From Chrysomallon squamiferum (lineage: Eukaryota; Animalia; Mollusca), in NCBI GenBank assembly GCA_012295275.1, contig CM022675.1, positions 4,030,001-4,094,000 on the forward strand: a stretch of DNA of 64,000 nt, written 5' to 3'. Shown one piece after another: positions 16,336 to 29,740 of the stretch; within the stretch, counting starts at the first letter, position 1, and every line of letters begins with the position of its first letter. The notes under the pieces were generated by a model, which was not told the origin of the DNA, did not search any database, and saw nothing but the letters and a program-made list of their open reading frames with translations. The position numbers were made by a program, and so were the translations under genes.

Positions 16336-16482
16336 AATTTTTATTTTAAATTAGTTTTTGTAATTTATGAGTGTGCATGTGTGTCTGTCTGTATATATTT
16401 TGTTTATATATATATGTTCAGACAGACAGACAGACACACATACACACGCACAAATTACCAATACTAATTAAAAATAAAAATT
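16336..16482. repeat. Fold-back inverted repeat, ~55-bp arms
   Basis: The left arm TTTTTATTTTAAATTAGTTTTTGTAATTTATGAGTGTGCATGTGTGTCTGTCTG matches the reverse complement of the right arm with ~6 substitutions. Confidence 0.8.
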
Positions 16483-17009
16483 ATATATATTAAAAAAATA
16501 TATATATGGATATATGTGTGCGCATGTATGTATGTAAATCTATGTATTTATGTGTGTATACATGTATTCATATAAATACAGATATACTCGCAGATATGCA
16601 TTATCATGAAGTTAATTCTAATTTTCATGCTGCTAGGTTGTGGCTGTAAAGAAATATAACTGAAGTTTTAGGGGACGTATCGAATTGTTGGATGAGTGTT
16701 GTGTGAGTGCGCGCCAACGTGTGTGTGTGTGTGCGTGTGTGCGTGTGTGTGTGCGTGTGTTAAACAGAACTGTCATTGCGATACACAACACGAAGGCGTT
16801 CGTTGTACGTTTGTGATTCGTTATGAAGGAAAGAGTAAGAGTGAAAGGATAACAGAAAAAAGCAGAGATAGAAAGAAAGTGAGAAAGTCAGAGAGAAGAA
16901 GTAAAGTGTCAAATATGCGGTGTTATGGAAATCAGAGTGTAAGAAAAAAAACAGTGTACTGACCAGAAACACATTTAAAAAAAGACAAAAGCATAATAAT
17001 AATAATAAT

Positions 17010-17054
<45 letters not shown>

Positions 17055-17478
17055 AATAATAAATAAAAAGACAGAAAAGTTAATTTTTACATCTGGCCGC
17101 TTTCAGTTAAGACAAAATCTCACACACACGTCACACATTTCTGTCATTACTCGAGAGCAGAAGAAAAACGCAAAAATTAAACTGCAGCATCACGTAAAGT
17201 ATGAAATGCACCGGAATGACAGAAGACGTGAAATATTTTAATCATTATTATATTCATAACTTGCACCCCTAAGATGACCGCGGACACTGCATGTAGAGCC
17301 GTGAAGACGTCGTTTGTAACTGGCCAAATGTAAAATCAAGACTCGTTTCAATTGGTCGACAGAGCGACAGAGAACAATGTCGAGCTGCGTTCTTATTTAC
17401 ATGTGTTGTTTGCTAGGATCAGAAAACAAACAGCAAGTATGAACAATGGACACTCTGCTATGATGTTTCGGTTGCGAC

Positions 17479-17513
17479 ATGCAAATGAGGTGTCGTCAAA
17501 TGGTATATATAAG
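17479..17513 (+). promoter_or_regulatory. Putative Pol II core promoter: octamer ATGCAAAT (17479..17486) plus TATA box TATATATAAG (17504..17513)
   Basis: Motifs sit in a CpG-containing island and are followed ~135 nt later by a consensus donor AAG|GTAAGT at 17646/17647. Assignment to the chitin-binding gene is inferred. Confidence 0.55.
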
Positions 17514-17534
17514 ACGCTGCTGTCGTCGAGGTTA

Positions 17535-17646
17535 TAACACATACTTAGTTCCTTGAGGGATTGCTCAAGTTAGCTGTTTTGAAATACTTCTGATTTCTTG
17601 AACTTTTACTTTTTGGCTTTGAGTCTTGGCATCCTCGTTTTGGAAG
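17535..17646 (+). other. Putative non-coding first exon of the chitin-binding mucin-like gene (5' end approximate)
   Basis: Starts ~30 nt after the TATA box, contains no ATG, and ends at GGAAG|GTAAGT. The ATG-containing exon has its own acceptor (ttttcag| at 23471), so an upstream exon is expected. Confidence 0.5.
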
Positions 17647-17878
17647 GTAAGTCATTTTAAATACTTTTATTTCTCTTGTTATTTATCTGACTTCAATTTA
17701 TTTTATAACATTTCTTTTTTTGTTTCTGTTCTATTTTATTTTACTCCCACTACGACTACGACTACTACTACATTCTGCTACTGTAATTACAACAGCTACT
17801 ACAATCACTGCTACAACTTTTATTACAAATACCGTTACTAATACCACTGGTATTTTTTTACTACTACTACTACTACTG

Positions 17879-17933
<55 letters not shown>

Positions 17934-19327
17934 ACTCACTGCTAGTTACAACAGTGTCAACGACTACTATTAGTATTATTACACTATCCATCAAAACTGC
18001 TTCCAATATTAATAATATCTTTGAGATTAATCAGAATAAAATGTAATATCTCGTGTATTCAACATTTCTCATCATTATAAACACTTCGACTTCAGCCTTT
18101 TAACAATTGTCTGCAGTAAAACACTGGAAGTAATTAATTAAATCAAAAAAGACATTCCAAGCAGAAATTTCAAAGCTGATTTATATCTGAATGGTTAACA
18201 TTCAGTTTCTACCGTTCGGTTATCTCCCGTTCCAACAAAGACTCATAACCGATTTATCAAGAAAGAGAACTGAGTGTTTTTCCTTGTTTTTGGCAGTCAG
18301 CATTTAAAATTTCCTGCATCTGATCAATACAGGAATAACTCATGGAGTGAATGATTTTCTTTCTCCAAATGTGAATACTTTTATGTCCAAAACAAGAAAG
18401 ATGGATTGAATGACACCTAATGTTAACAGATATTGAGATTTGACATTTTCTAGAGTTGATGACTAAAATTAACATCAGCTCATGGTTGAGTTTGACAATA
18501 ATAAATGATCTTATCTTGTTATCTTGTATTAAATATTTCGAAAAGCTAGAATAATTCTGAAGCTCAGACAGAATTCTTGGTTCAAATCTCAAAGCAGGTG
18601 TCTAAGCAAATACATGTTTTGTTACTCTGAAACTGCGAAGTTTTGTTTTTTAGTTAATTACGTAGTAAAATATTTTACATAATTAAGACTTTGTTCTCTG
18701 CTCTAAGACATGTAGGTAATGAGATCAAATCTTGTTAGCGGCTTGAATTCGGAATAAACCGTGTCTTTGTAAAACAATCATATCCTTTTTTTTCATTAAC
18801 CAATCGTCTAATATTAATACTCAGTTAACTTAAATTCAGTGCTGGATTCTTTTCTCGCGTCAGGCGTACTTGAAGCCAATGTTCAACAGAGAGTCAGAGA
18901 GAATTGATGTTATAGTTAAACATCTTAGTTCAGAAGTGAGAGTAGTGAAAATGCGGCTGTCATTATTAATAATGGTATTAAGCCTACATCAACTACTACT
19001 AAGACAGCTACTACTACCACCACTGTGACTAAAACTAAATCTACTACTGCGACTAAACTACATCTACTACAACCATCACAACAATATCTACTACTCCAAA
19101 TAACACAACAACGTCTACTGCTATTAACATTCTTACAAAGAGCAAGTCTACCATGACTACCACTACGACTAAAACTACGATTACCACTGCCACCACGTTA
19201 CTTTGGCAGGGTTTGAGAATGTATGTCATAAACTAATTTCAATTATCCTTGGCTACAGGCATTCGAGTTTGAGTCTCAAAATCAGTTATAATCTAGAGTC
19301 CAGTGACACTGATAACAGAGTGAACAT

Positions 19328-19590
19328 CATTTATCACTAGTACTAAATCCGAAAATCTATAGTTAAAATTATTTATTACTAGCACTAATTCAGAAAATCT
19401 ATAGTTAAGATTATTTATTACTAGCACTAATTCAGAAAATCTATAGTTAAGATTATTTATTACTAGCACTAATTCAGAAAATCTATAGTTAAGATTATTT
19501 ATGTCTAATTGAAAATCTATGTTAAAATTTGTTAATACACTAATTAGAAAATCATAGTTGATTATTTAATAGCACTTTTCAGAAAACGAA
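19328..19590. repeat. 42-bp minisatellite (ATTATTTATTACTAGCACTAATTCAGAAAATCTATAGTTAAG), ~4 good units plus decayed ones
   Basis: AGCACTAATT recurs at 19381, 19423 and 19465. Confidence 0.9.
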
Positions 19591-19842
19591 TGTTAGAACT
19601 GGATATGATAAATGTGAAATGATCTTAGAGTCTAAAATGTTTACACTGAACTGATGTTTATATAATGGATTCTCTCGGAAACGAATATAGAACTGGACCA
19701 TGAAAATGTGGTTGACTGCAGTCTTTATTTTTGAAGGTTTCGATGGGACACATTAAAGGACACAAGATGTGGTACAAAGGACACAAGAAATTAATATTTA
19801 AAAAAAGAGAGAGAGAGGGGGGAAAAGCGAGAAAAGTTTTAT

Positions 19843-19916
19843 TGGCCTATGTGGGGGTCGAACCCACGACATTCGCGTTATTAGCACGACGCTCTAACCA
19901 ACTGAGCTAACAGGCC
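19843..19916 (-). tRNA. tRNA-Ile (anticodon AAT)
   Basis: Reverse complement GGCCTGTTAGCTCAGTTGGTTAGAGCGTCGTGCTAATAACGCGAATGTCGTGGGTTCGACCCCCACATAGGCCA. All stems pair, and TTTT runs follow on the - strand. Confidence 0.96.
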
Positions 19917-20930
19917 TGACGATATTGGTTATTCCTTAGCTGAGAAGGGACTGCTAATAACAGTTTTACAGTGTTTGAAGATAACTGTTTTTCTTTTCAT
20001 TACCAACATAAGCCAGAACATTTTATAGCTGGAATAGTCCTAGGTTAAAATATCATTAAGAGTTAAATCTGTTCCCTTTCTTCATCTGTTGTCTGACTTC
20101 ATCAACCTCACAGTTTATGTTCTAAAAAAAAAAAAAAAAAAAAAAACACCGCTGTAAATACACCAATAACACCAATTAGTGTTTTAATAAATAACACTAA
20201 TTAATATGTACATAATAGATATCTGATTAAGACAAAATTAATTTGTTAAAAAATGCACCAAATCGTTTTGATCTCTGAAGAGCCGGCATATAAGGCCTAG
20301 ACAGGTCATTCATATGTTTCCTGTTCCGTCTTAATCTTCTTTTTCCTTCGAGGAACTGTTTAACCTTCGCCACATCACACAGGACTTAATAAATAAAACA
20401 CAAGTTACAACTGATCAGAGGAAAGAAAAATGATTCTCTTCAAACATTTGTCCCTGAAGTAAATCGCTCGTAAAACAGTTATCAAAGTTGATGCGTAATT
20501 CTATGTACAGTGGTTTTTCTAATGTTTGTAGTTTGCAAAGACTTTTAGGAAATGATAACTGCGTTACAATCTGTTTATATCTGTACTCGTATTGATGTTT
20601 GTGTTAAAATGTATTTACTCATTTATTTACACAGATATAGTTGTTAAATATTTATTTATTTTTTTGAACGTTTATTTACTTATATTAATATTAATAACGT
20701 CTGTTTATTTGTTTAAATTGAACAGCAGTGTTGAAATCTGTTTATTTATTTATATTGTTATTACTGGTGAAATATATTCGTAATGATATCGTTGTTAAAA
20801 TCTAGTTATTTATTTGTTTGTTAGAGCTTTCATAAATTGTTTACCGTTTCTAAAAAATATATATATTTAGAAACATAGATAGCTAGATAGCTAGACAGAT
20901 AGATAGTTGAAGAGATAGATAGATAAATGA

Positions 20931-20982
<52 letters not shown>

Positions 20983-22412
20983 GTAAACACGTTTTTAAAA
21001 GAGGTTTGTTGTGTCGAGTTCAGTCGGTTTTCAGTAAAAGTGTACAAAATGTATGACACTCCATCGAAAAATATTGATCCTAATACCTATCATGTCTTAC
21101 GTCAGTACTGTTTATTGTTGTTCGTGTACGCCCTCTATCAAGCAGTGTAAGATTGTAATTTAAATCAATTTAGAATAAACTGATTAAATTTTAATAACAT
21201 TTTTATTAAAGCTGTAACTAGTCAAATTCTGAAAGAAGATGGAAAAAACAAAACAGAACTCTTTCGCTTCTACGAATATCAGTTTATTAAGATACACTAG
21301 AAAAAAAGCTAAACACAAAAGTCTGATGCTGCTCAATGCGTACCCTAACCCTGATGGTTTTTTCAGCAAGAGACAAAAAGTCAGAGGAAAAATGTTGTTA
21401 GCGAGAGATTCAACTCTTCCATTCCCATAACACTGAGGCAGTTTGGTTATTTTGTCAGTACAAATATGGTCACTGGTTTTCTCCTAATGTCTCTGCCATC
21501 TGGGCGAACGAAACAGTCGTTATTAATTCTAGTGAAATAGTCAGTCAGGCCTACTTCTACCATCAGTAAAACGTCAATGATGTCAAGTCAAATCCACACA
21601 AACTCGACGTCTGTTCATCGTCCCAAACATCAACCACAGTCAGATATTCACTGGCAGGCGCTGGTGTCGTGGTTGCTGACCACTGTCGTTGAAAACAAAA
21701 ACTACTACTACTAAACTAAATTCTGTTGCTAATGTTCAGCTGGAGGTGAAGAGGAGTGAAAAGAAAACGTTGTATTTTTAGTTGATAATGGTTTAACAGT
21801 GAGCAGAATAACATGACAGAGTGTATCTTATTTTCTCTTATTGACTTTATTTCTATTTCTGTCTGACTCGTAATATTTCAAATGCACACATACATAAACG
21901 CATATAGATATATATCTAAATGCATACATACACAGAAACATACATATGCACAAACACATATACACAGAAATATATACATACACACAAACATACATACATA
22001 CATACTTATAAACAAATATACATAGATATACATATATACACAGACACACATACAAACACATTAACAAATATAAAATAAATAACACCTTTAAACAAATTTA
22101 TACATACACATTTGAGAAAATGCAAGCTCTAGGTAAACATTTAGTAGTAAAATTACTGTCATTTAATTCTCAGAAATTCATATATTTACAGTTTTATACA
22201 CATGCATATGTCTATATATATATAAATATATGTGCGTATGTGTGTAAACTGTAAATATATATATATAGTTTGTGTATCGCGTTTTCTGTCATTATATATA
22301 GCATCAGTTTGTTTACTGACCAATATTACATATGTAATAATGTGTGTTTAATCCTAGTTTATAAAAGCAAAGTAAATCGTCCATAAATGAAATAGTAAAA
22401 TAATAACAATGT

Positions 22413-22486
22413 TGGCCCATGTGGGGGTCGAACCCACGACATTCGCGTTATTAGCACGACGCTTTAACCAACTGAGCTAACAGGCC
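22413..22486 (-). tRNA. tRNA-Ile (anticodon AAT), D-stem variant
   Basis: Nearly the same 74-nt sequence as the other two copies, but with GGTTAAAGC instead of GGTTAGAGC (C-A mismatch in the D-stem). TTTT lies just downstream. Confidence 0.9.
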
Positions 22487-22964
22487 TGATAACGGTATTG
22501 AAACTACATGTACATCTGCAGCCTGATTGGTGTTTTAAAATATATCCTCTCCTAGACAGAACACCACATACCATGGTTTTTATTACGCCAGTCGAGTACA
22601 CTGGACAAAAAGTGAGATACTTCTTTGAAAGCCAAACGCTGTACCAAGAGAGTCGTACCTTAGTACCCGTCTATTCGCTTTTCATTAGATTCAAAAACGA
22701 ATCGGTGATTATTTAATTACTTAATACTGTATTTTACATATATACATCTAATTTTTACATATCCATATAATTCTTTAGCATTTTTTAAAAACTGTTATAA
22801 TCTAATCTTCTTTTGGAAAATAAAATAAAATGAAATAAAATAAAATAAAATAAAATTCAAATATACAAAATGAAACTGTTTTTGATTGGAAATCGCGTCA
22901 GATATGTTTGGTCTGAATAAACATTTCTTAAAAGTGCAGTGTTTATCTCGAATTTTGAAAAAGT

Positions 22965-23058
<94 letters not shown>

Positions 23059-23486
23059 CTTTCTTTCTCATGCAAGTGGTATAGAAATGTTAAAACTCAG
23101 TATCTTGAGTCTATCTCCATAGCTGAGATTCAAGAGAGAGAGAACGAGAGAGAGAGAACGAGAGAGTGAGAACGAGAGAGTACGAGAGAGTGAGAGACAG
23201 AGACAGAGAGAAAAAGAAAAAACCTACAAAGTTATAACTAAAGCTAATATTCTACTCTTCTCTCTATCCTATTGTTTCTAATACCTTGGTGGAAAGTGTC
23301 ATCACTAACAGTTCTCAAATATTTGATAGGACGTCATTATTTGAACTCCGTATTTATCAAGAAAACACCACAATCAATCGAAGCATGGAGAGTTTGTTGC
23401 TGAAACCAAAACTGCTCTGTCTCTTACTTAATTCGTTTCTTTTTTAATTTTATTTACTTTTATCTTTTCAGGAGACGCACCTAAAC

Positions 23487-23610
23487 ATGTCTTCCGTGTG
23501 GGCGTTGATGATTATGGCAGCGCTGGCCTGCCATACTTTCGCCAGCTCTATAGACTCGACAAACAGAATAGCAGCAATACTGAACGACAATCTGCCCAAT
23601 TCTTTACAAG
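23487..23610 (+). CDS. Coding exon 1 of the chitin-binding gene (signal peptide)
   Basis: Acceptor ttttcag at 23471, ATG in AAACATGT context, hydrophobic N-terminus, donor AAG|GTAGGT. Confidence 0.85.
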
Positions 23611-24510
23611 GTAGGTGTTACATATTTACAAAACTAGTCTCAAAAACTGGCAATGGCAACCGACAGTCGACATTGCTGCCGCAAAAGCTGTTTCAAAACT
23701 GATAATGTGTTTTAATCTATCGCAAAACTGAGATGGGTGAAGTGTTTTTTAGAATAATCGAACAGGAGACTAGAAAAAACAACGTTTGACGGGTGGAAAT
23801 TTAATTAGACTTTGATGGTATAAATTAAACGAAATTATTGATGAAGTAACAGGCATTTAGAGAAAAGAAAGAAGACATACACACAACAAAAAAAGAAACA
23901 ATTAAAAATCTTTAAGAAAATAAATGTTAACAAATATACTAAAAAATATTTAATTTTATTATTTGTTATTATTTCAAATTTTTGTTCAATTAAAAGAAAA
24001 AAAGAAAAGAAACAAATATTATGATATACAAGTTATTTTTATCATAATCATATTTTATTTATGTCCTGGAATTAGAGTAAAGTATGGCAAAAAATCCTTT
24101 CTACAGATTTCGGCGTTTCTTTAATCTACATCGCAATGCCGTTGAAAACTCTGCGTATTTGTAGCTGCAAATCAAAATTAAAAACTGTTTAGCGAGGTAT
24201 ATTTAAACTTCGTTTTATAACATGATTTTCTTTTACGACCTTATTAAAGTAACATAATATCATTGTCAGCAGATTTTGGAAACCATTATTATTTTTATAT
24301 GTGCATATTACCTAAATTTATACTGAACTAAAAACGTAATTTGTGAAGCTAAATTTATCTGCTTACCAATATGCGAAAAATTATACTATTTACGTATTTC
24401 CGTTCGTTTATAAATATAATAAATAAATAAAAATTTATAATAATAATAATAATAATAACAATAATAATAATAATAAATAGACAAATAAAAATAATAAATA
24501 AATAAAAATT

Positions 24511-24543
<33 letters not shown>

Positions 24544-27500
24544 CAGACAAATAAAAATAATAAAAATAAAATAAAGAATCGTTTTTAAAGAACAAAATCG
24601 TAACAGAAAGATTGTTAACTCATTTCTGTTTTTGATCCGGCAGAACTTATTTACTCTGTTTGCAGTCTCTACCGTTTGTCTTTTAGATTTACACAAATAA
24701 GATAAACAATATTTGTGTACATATTACATAAATTTATACTCAACCAAAAACATATTTTATGGCGGAAGATCATGTTCCGCTGCTAAGATCTAACGCCCAA
24801 AGCCAGCCGAGTAAAAATCGAAACTGCGGCCGGAAAAGGATTCGATTTACCACAACACACGCGCTCGCATTGACTGTCGGATTACACACAAAACTACCGC
24901 AAACGAAATAAAGCATCCGGCTTAACGGACGCTAAATCTTGCGTTTATTTTACAATTTTATTGTCAAACATAGGTGAGGGAAGAATGTTAACCCAGTCAG
25001 CGGGTTACCCAGTTAAACAACGTAACGTGCCGCTCTGGGACAAATTTAATGATTTTCGTTTTCTGGAAGTGACAGAAAATAATGTCCTCGATGCCTCGTT
25101 GTGTTGTTGTTTTTTATTTTATTCATAAGTCGGAGGATTTTTTGAGATTTGTGATGTGGACACATACTGAAAAACCTTTCAAGACATACTTAAGATTTTT
25201 TAATATGTTATTTAACAGCATTATTTGTTTATTTATTTATTTAGTTAGCTAGATTATTATTTTTTATTTTTTATTATTATTATTTTTATAAAGTTTTAGT
25301 TAAGAGGACTGCAACTCTGAAAAAAAAAAAAAAATTTCTACCATATATATAATAATTAATTCATATAAAAAACAAATAGCAGTAACTCGTTGAATTAAAA
25401 AAATTATTTATTTATTTTATTTATTTAATTTTCATTTATTTATTTATTAATTTTTTATTTTTTTTTTTTTTTTTTTATTATTATTATTTTTTTATGCTTC
25501 ACTATCAATATCGTAGAAAGCGATTATAGTTTTAATCATATATAACCGATATCATCATTTTAAAATCAGTTTATTTTATAAATTATCTTATCAATAGCTG
25601 AATATTATTATTATTATTATTATTATTATTTTATTTGAGCTTGGATGCTATGAATCAATCATTCTTTCATTCATTCCGATTTATTTATTTATTTATTTTT
25701 GTTGTTGTTTTTCTTGTTGTTGTTGTATATTCTCCGATAATGTTTAATAAGTATTCTTTCATTAATTCCAATGTCATTATGACGTACACGATAATTTATC
25801 TGTGTGCGAAGCATAAATTATTATAATAAGCGGAATTACGTTTAACAAGCTGCATAAATTATGATAATGTTAACAATAAACGTAAGTAGATGTTTTCTTT
25901 ACTTCATAAAGAAGCTAGGTTCTTTGTGCAAATAGAACGTTAGTAGTATATTTCTGTTTATTTATTTGTTTGCACAGGGAGAGATATATTTTCATTTCTT
26001 TTAACTTGTTCTTTCAGTTTATGAATGAAAAAGTGTTAATAGATTTTCCGATATATTAATACTAAAATAAAAACTGTGCGAGATTACTTTTATTTTCGTA
26101 AACGTGTATCTACTTACTTAATTTTTTCTCTCACGCTCTTAGATAAAATACGAAAAATTCAAGATTTTTCAAACTTGATTTTATTCCCCGCCCTATTTCA
26201 TCCATTCTGAAAATATAGGTATTCTGCGTAAATTCACAAGGAAATCTTGATCGATCACAAAAAAAAAAAAAAAAAAAAAAAATAAATAAATAAATAAAAC
26301 AAACATGCACGCAATAAAACAAAACATATATTTTTGGCTAAGATGGACACAAGCCGTGGGGGGGGGAATTATAATGATGATGATGGTAATAACAATAATA
26401 ATAACAACAATAATAACAGTCACACTAAATTTTTCAAAAGCTAAATCATTTATTACAGACAAAGCGGATGCCATTGAGACAGTTTTAAGACTTTTGTCAG
26501 ACATTGATTTGCCCTCCATCTGTCAGGCGGTGATGATGGACCCACAAACAGAAATGAATAGTGTTGACGACATCATCGCCCTCGCTGCAAAGGACCAGCA
26601 CATTCCTTACATCCCAGAGAAATACACAGAAGATTCTCTTTTTCCTGGTGTGTTCATATTTTTAAAAATCTTTAAGTAAAAGATGAATATTTGAAAAAAA
26701 AAAGTATTCATTATAGTCGTAAATCCTGGTTTAAAATAGGATCTCTTGTTTTTGGTGGATGAAAAAAAAAAAATAAAATAAAAAAATAAATAAACAAAAC
26801 AAAACAAAATAAATTAAAATTTACACAAATTAATGGCAGAATAAAACTTTTTTTATTTATGATATATATTTATTTATTTATTTAGTTAGATTGTTTTATA
26901 CTTTTATTTACTTTAATATTTAAAATAAGTTTATAAACCTGCCTCTTAATATTTTCTAATTAAATATTTTAACTGAAACAAAAATATATATTTTAATCAT
27001 ATAACATTTACAAAAAGTAAAGATTAAAGTTTGAACTTTCAGCTGATCTGCAGAAGAGAATGGACGAGTTAGTAAAACCAGTGAGAGATCGAGCTCTGGC
27101 TGGAATCAGTAAAAAAGAAAACAAACAAGAAACAATCAGTCCAGTCCTCATAGAGAGAGTGAAAAATCTCAAATCCAACTTGTCTTTATCTGCTGAAGAA
27201 AGACGACTTGATGATGTAGAATCATCCTTAAAAATGTTTCCAACCGACGACTACATTGAGATGAAAAAAGACCACCCAGAGAGAACGACAGAAAGACCAG
27301 AGAAACAGACACTGATTATGTCAGATGAAACACTGGCACCGCAGTTTAATACCGAGAGCTTTAAAGAAAAGGTTTTTGAATCTACACAAAGTTACATTAC
27401 ATCTGGTCGATCTACAGAAGCAGACACACAAAGTTACACTTCATCACAGATTTCTGCAGACAGCGAAATACAAAATTATAAATCTTCAGAAACGTCCACG

Positions 27501-29704
27501 TTCACAGAAACCAATAACAATACTAATCCAGAAATATCCTCAGTGACTGACACACAAAGTTATTCTACACCAGAAGCATCCACAGTCACAGAAACACAGG
27601 ATAATACTACACCAGAAAGATCACCATCTGCAGATAAACAAAATTATACTTCTTCAGTACTCTCAGTAGGTACTGAAAACACTACAGATGATGTAGACAT
27701 TCAGACTAGAGTGCATGCTCACGGAACAGTAAATATTACTAAGGACTTTGCTTCTACCACGAAGTCTCCTGTAGTGTCCAGTTATCAGGTTTCTTCAACA
27801 GTTAACTCTGAATTTACTATTAATCTGAACCAAACAAACGAATCTGTAGCTGATAATGTTTTGGATAATGTTACTACTGTTAGGTACAAGGCGACGTCGT
27901 CGAATGACAGCAAAGAAAGTGAAGACGTGACTGCTGCTGATGTTTTAGCCGAGAACAGGACAGAGACGGTTGTAATCAGAACCCTGTCACATGATCTGTT
28001 GTCAAAATCTAAAAACATAATGTCTGAGAGTCTACAGAGGATTTCTAACGAGGTGAACACTTCAGAAAGCGACGTGATGGGACTGGAAGAAGAGTTAACT
28101 GAAGAAATAAAAACATCGACTGAAGAACCGAAACGAGAACACGTATGGAATCTGACAACAGAAAATGAAATCGAAACGACGACCTCACCAATAATTGTTG
28201 ACGACTACGAGTCGGTGGATATGCTAAATGAATACGTTTCTACTCAAACGAGTGACATGAGAAGTAACGTCACTGATGGTCAAGGAATCCTGTCTTCAGA
28301 AGAAAACACAACATCTTTGTTTGAAGATTTATCAACAACTTCTAATCCACTAACTGAAAACACTGAAAATTCAACATTTTCATCGGAACAGGAAAACGTA
28401 ACAACCGTTATTGTTGATGTCACAAGCCATGCAACAACGACATCAATGGAAGATAAAACTCAGTACAATCTGCTCGGGCATCTTCTAAACCTTCACAGAA
28501 GCAGTCAGAATAGTAGAATCGCAGCATCAACAACGTCAGCGTCATCATCAGTACAACCCGGAGATCTCTTTACACTACCCACTGTACACACAACCGAGAA
28601 AGAGCTGACACAAACAACACTGTCTCCCATACAACAGTTCCTCAAGCTCATTAACGACACTTTCGAACTGGCTGAAAAAAACAATTTAACTGACCCATAT
28701 TATGACGTGGATGAAGCTCCCTACGACGTCAATGCCGTACAGTATGCTACCAAATCACTGGCTGATCTTATTTCTCAAACAGAGGACGATTTCACTGCCA
28801 GTAACCACTTTCCTGACAAGGAGAGCATTTTGAATGAAGTCAGCGTAGACGAAGCACTGAATTCTATCAATACTGATGGAACTCTGGATAAACTTCCTTA
28901 TTATCACATTCAGAAAGACAACTTCTTTCACATCGGCGAAGAGCGAGACCCCAAGAATGACTACAGTGAACAAACTCATAAGGGACAGATCATAAAAGAA
29001 GAATATAACGAAGAGGAACACGAAGAGAAGACGCCAGACAGTGAAAAGAAAGAAGAGACAAACACTGAGGATGTTTCTAAAGAAGACAAGAAAAATGATG
29101 ACAGTTCTAACTTGATTTCCAGTCTGGATCATTACAACAAGCTGTATGAAAAAACTAGAGAAGTCCTCAACAAGGCTTTCGAAGTGAACAACCAGGACAT
29201 ATACGATAAGCAATTCTATACATCCGCAACAACCACAACTGCAGCAACTACCATCACTACAGATCCAGTTCTTCGGCGGCTCTTCAAACCCAAGCAAGAA
29301 AAACCTTACGACATTTCAGATTTTCAAAAATACCAGAAACCAGCTGATTCTGTCTTCATGGCCGCACCCGATACACGTCACCCAGTACATACAAAACATT
29401 ACAACAGCAATCCTTTCGTTTCCTACCCTGAGCCTTCAGTCTGGAGAATTCCACAAGAAGGTCCATATCGAGGCAAAGTAGAAAACCAGTATTATAACCC
29501 AGTATATGGCGGCGTCCATAGCAGAAAGTCTGGCTGGCTTGGAATGAACCGTGTACACAGAAACAGGTTTGACGAGTCGTCTGCGAGTCTCGCGTCTCTG
29601 GGAATCAGACAACACACCGTGGCTGCTCAGAAACCTCCCAGAACTAGTGTCTACAAGAACGAGAGTGAGTTCAAACTTATAGCCGTCTTTTAATAGGAAA
29701 CATC

Positions 29705-29740
<36 letters not shown>

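Noticed and set aside
28755-29297. 180-aa antisense ORF
   Set aside because: Shadow of the large + strand exon; its hydrophobic bias simply mirrors the A-rich sense codons.
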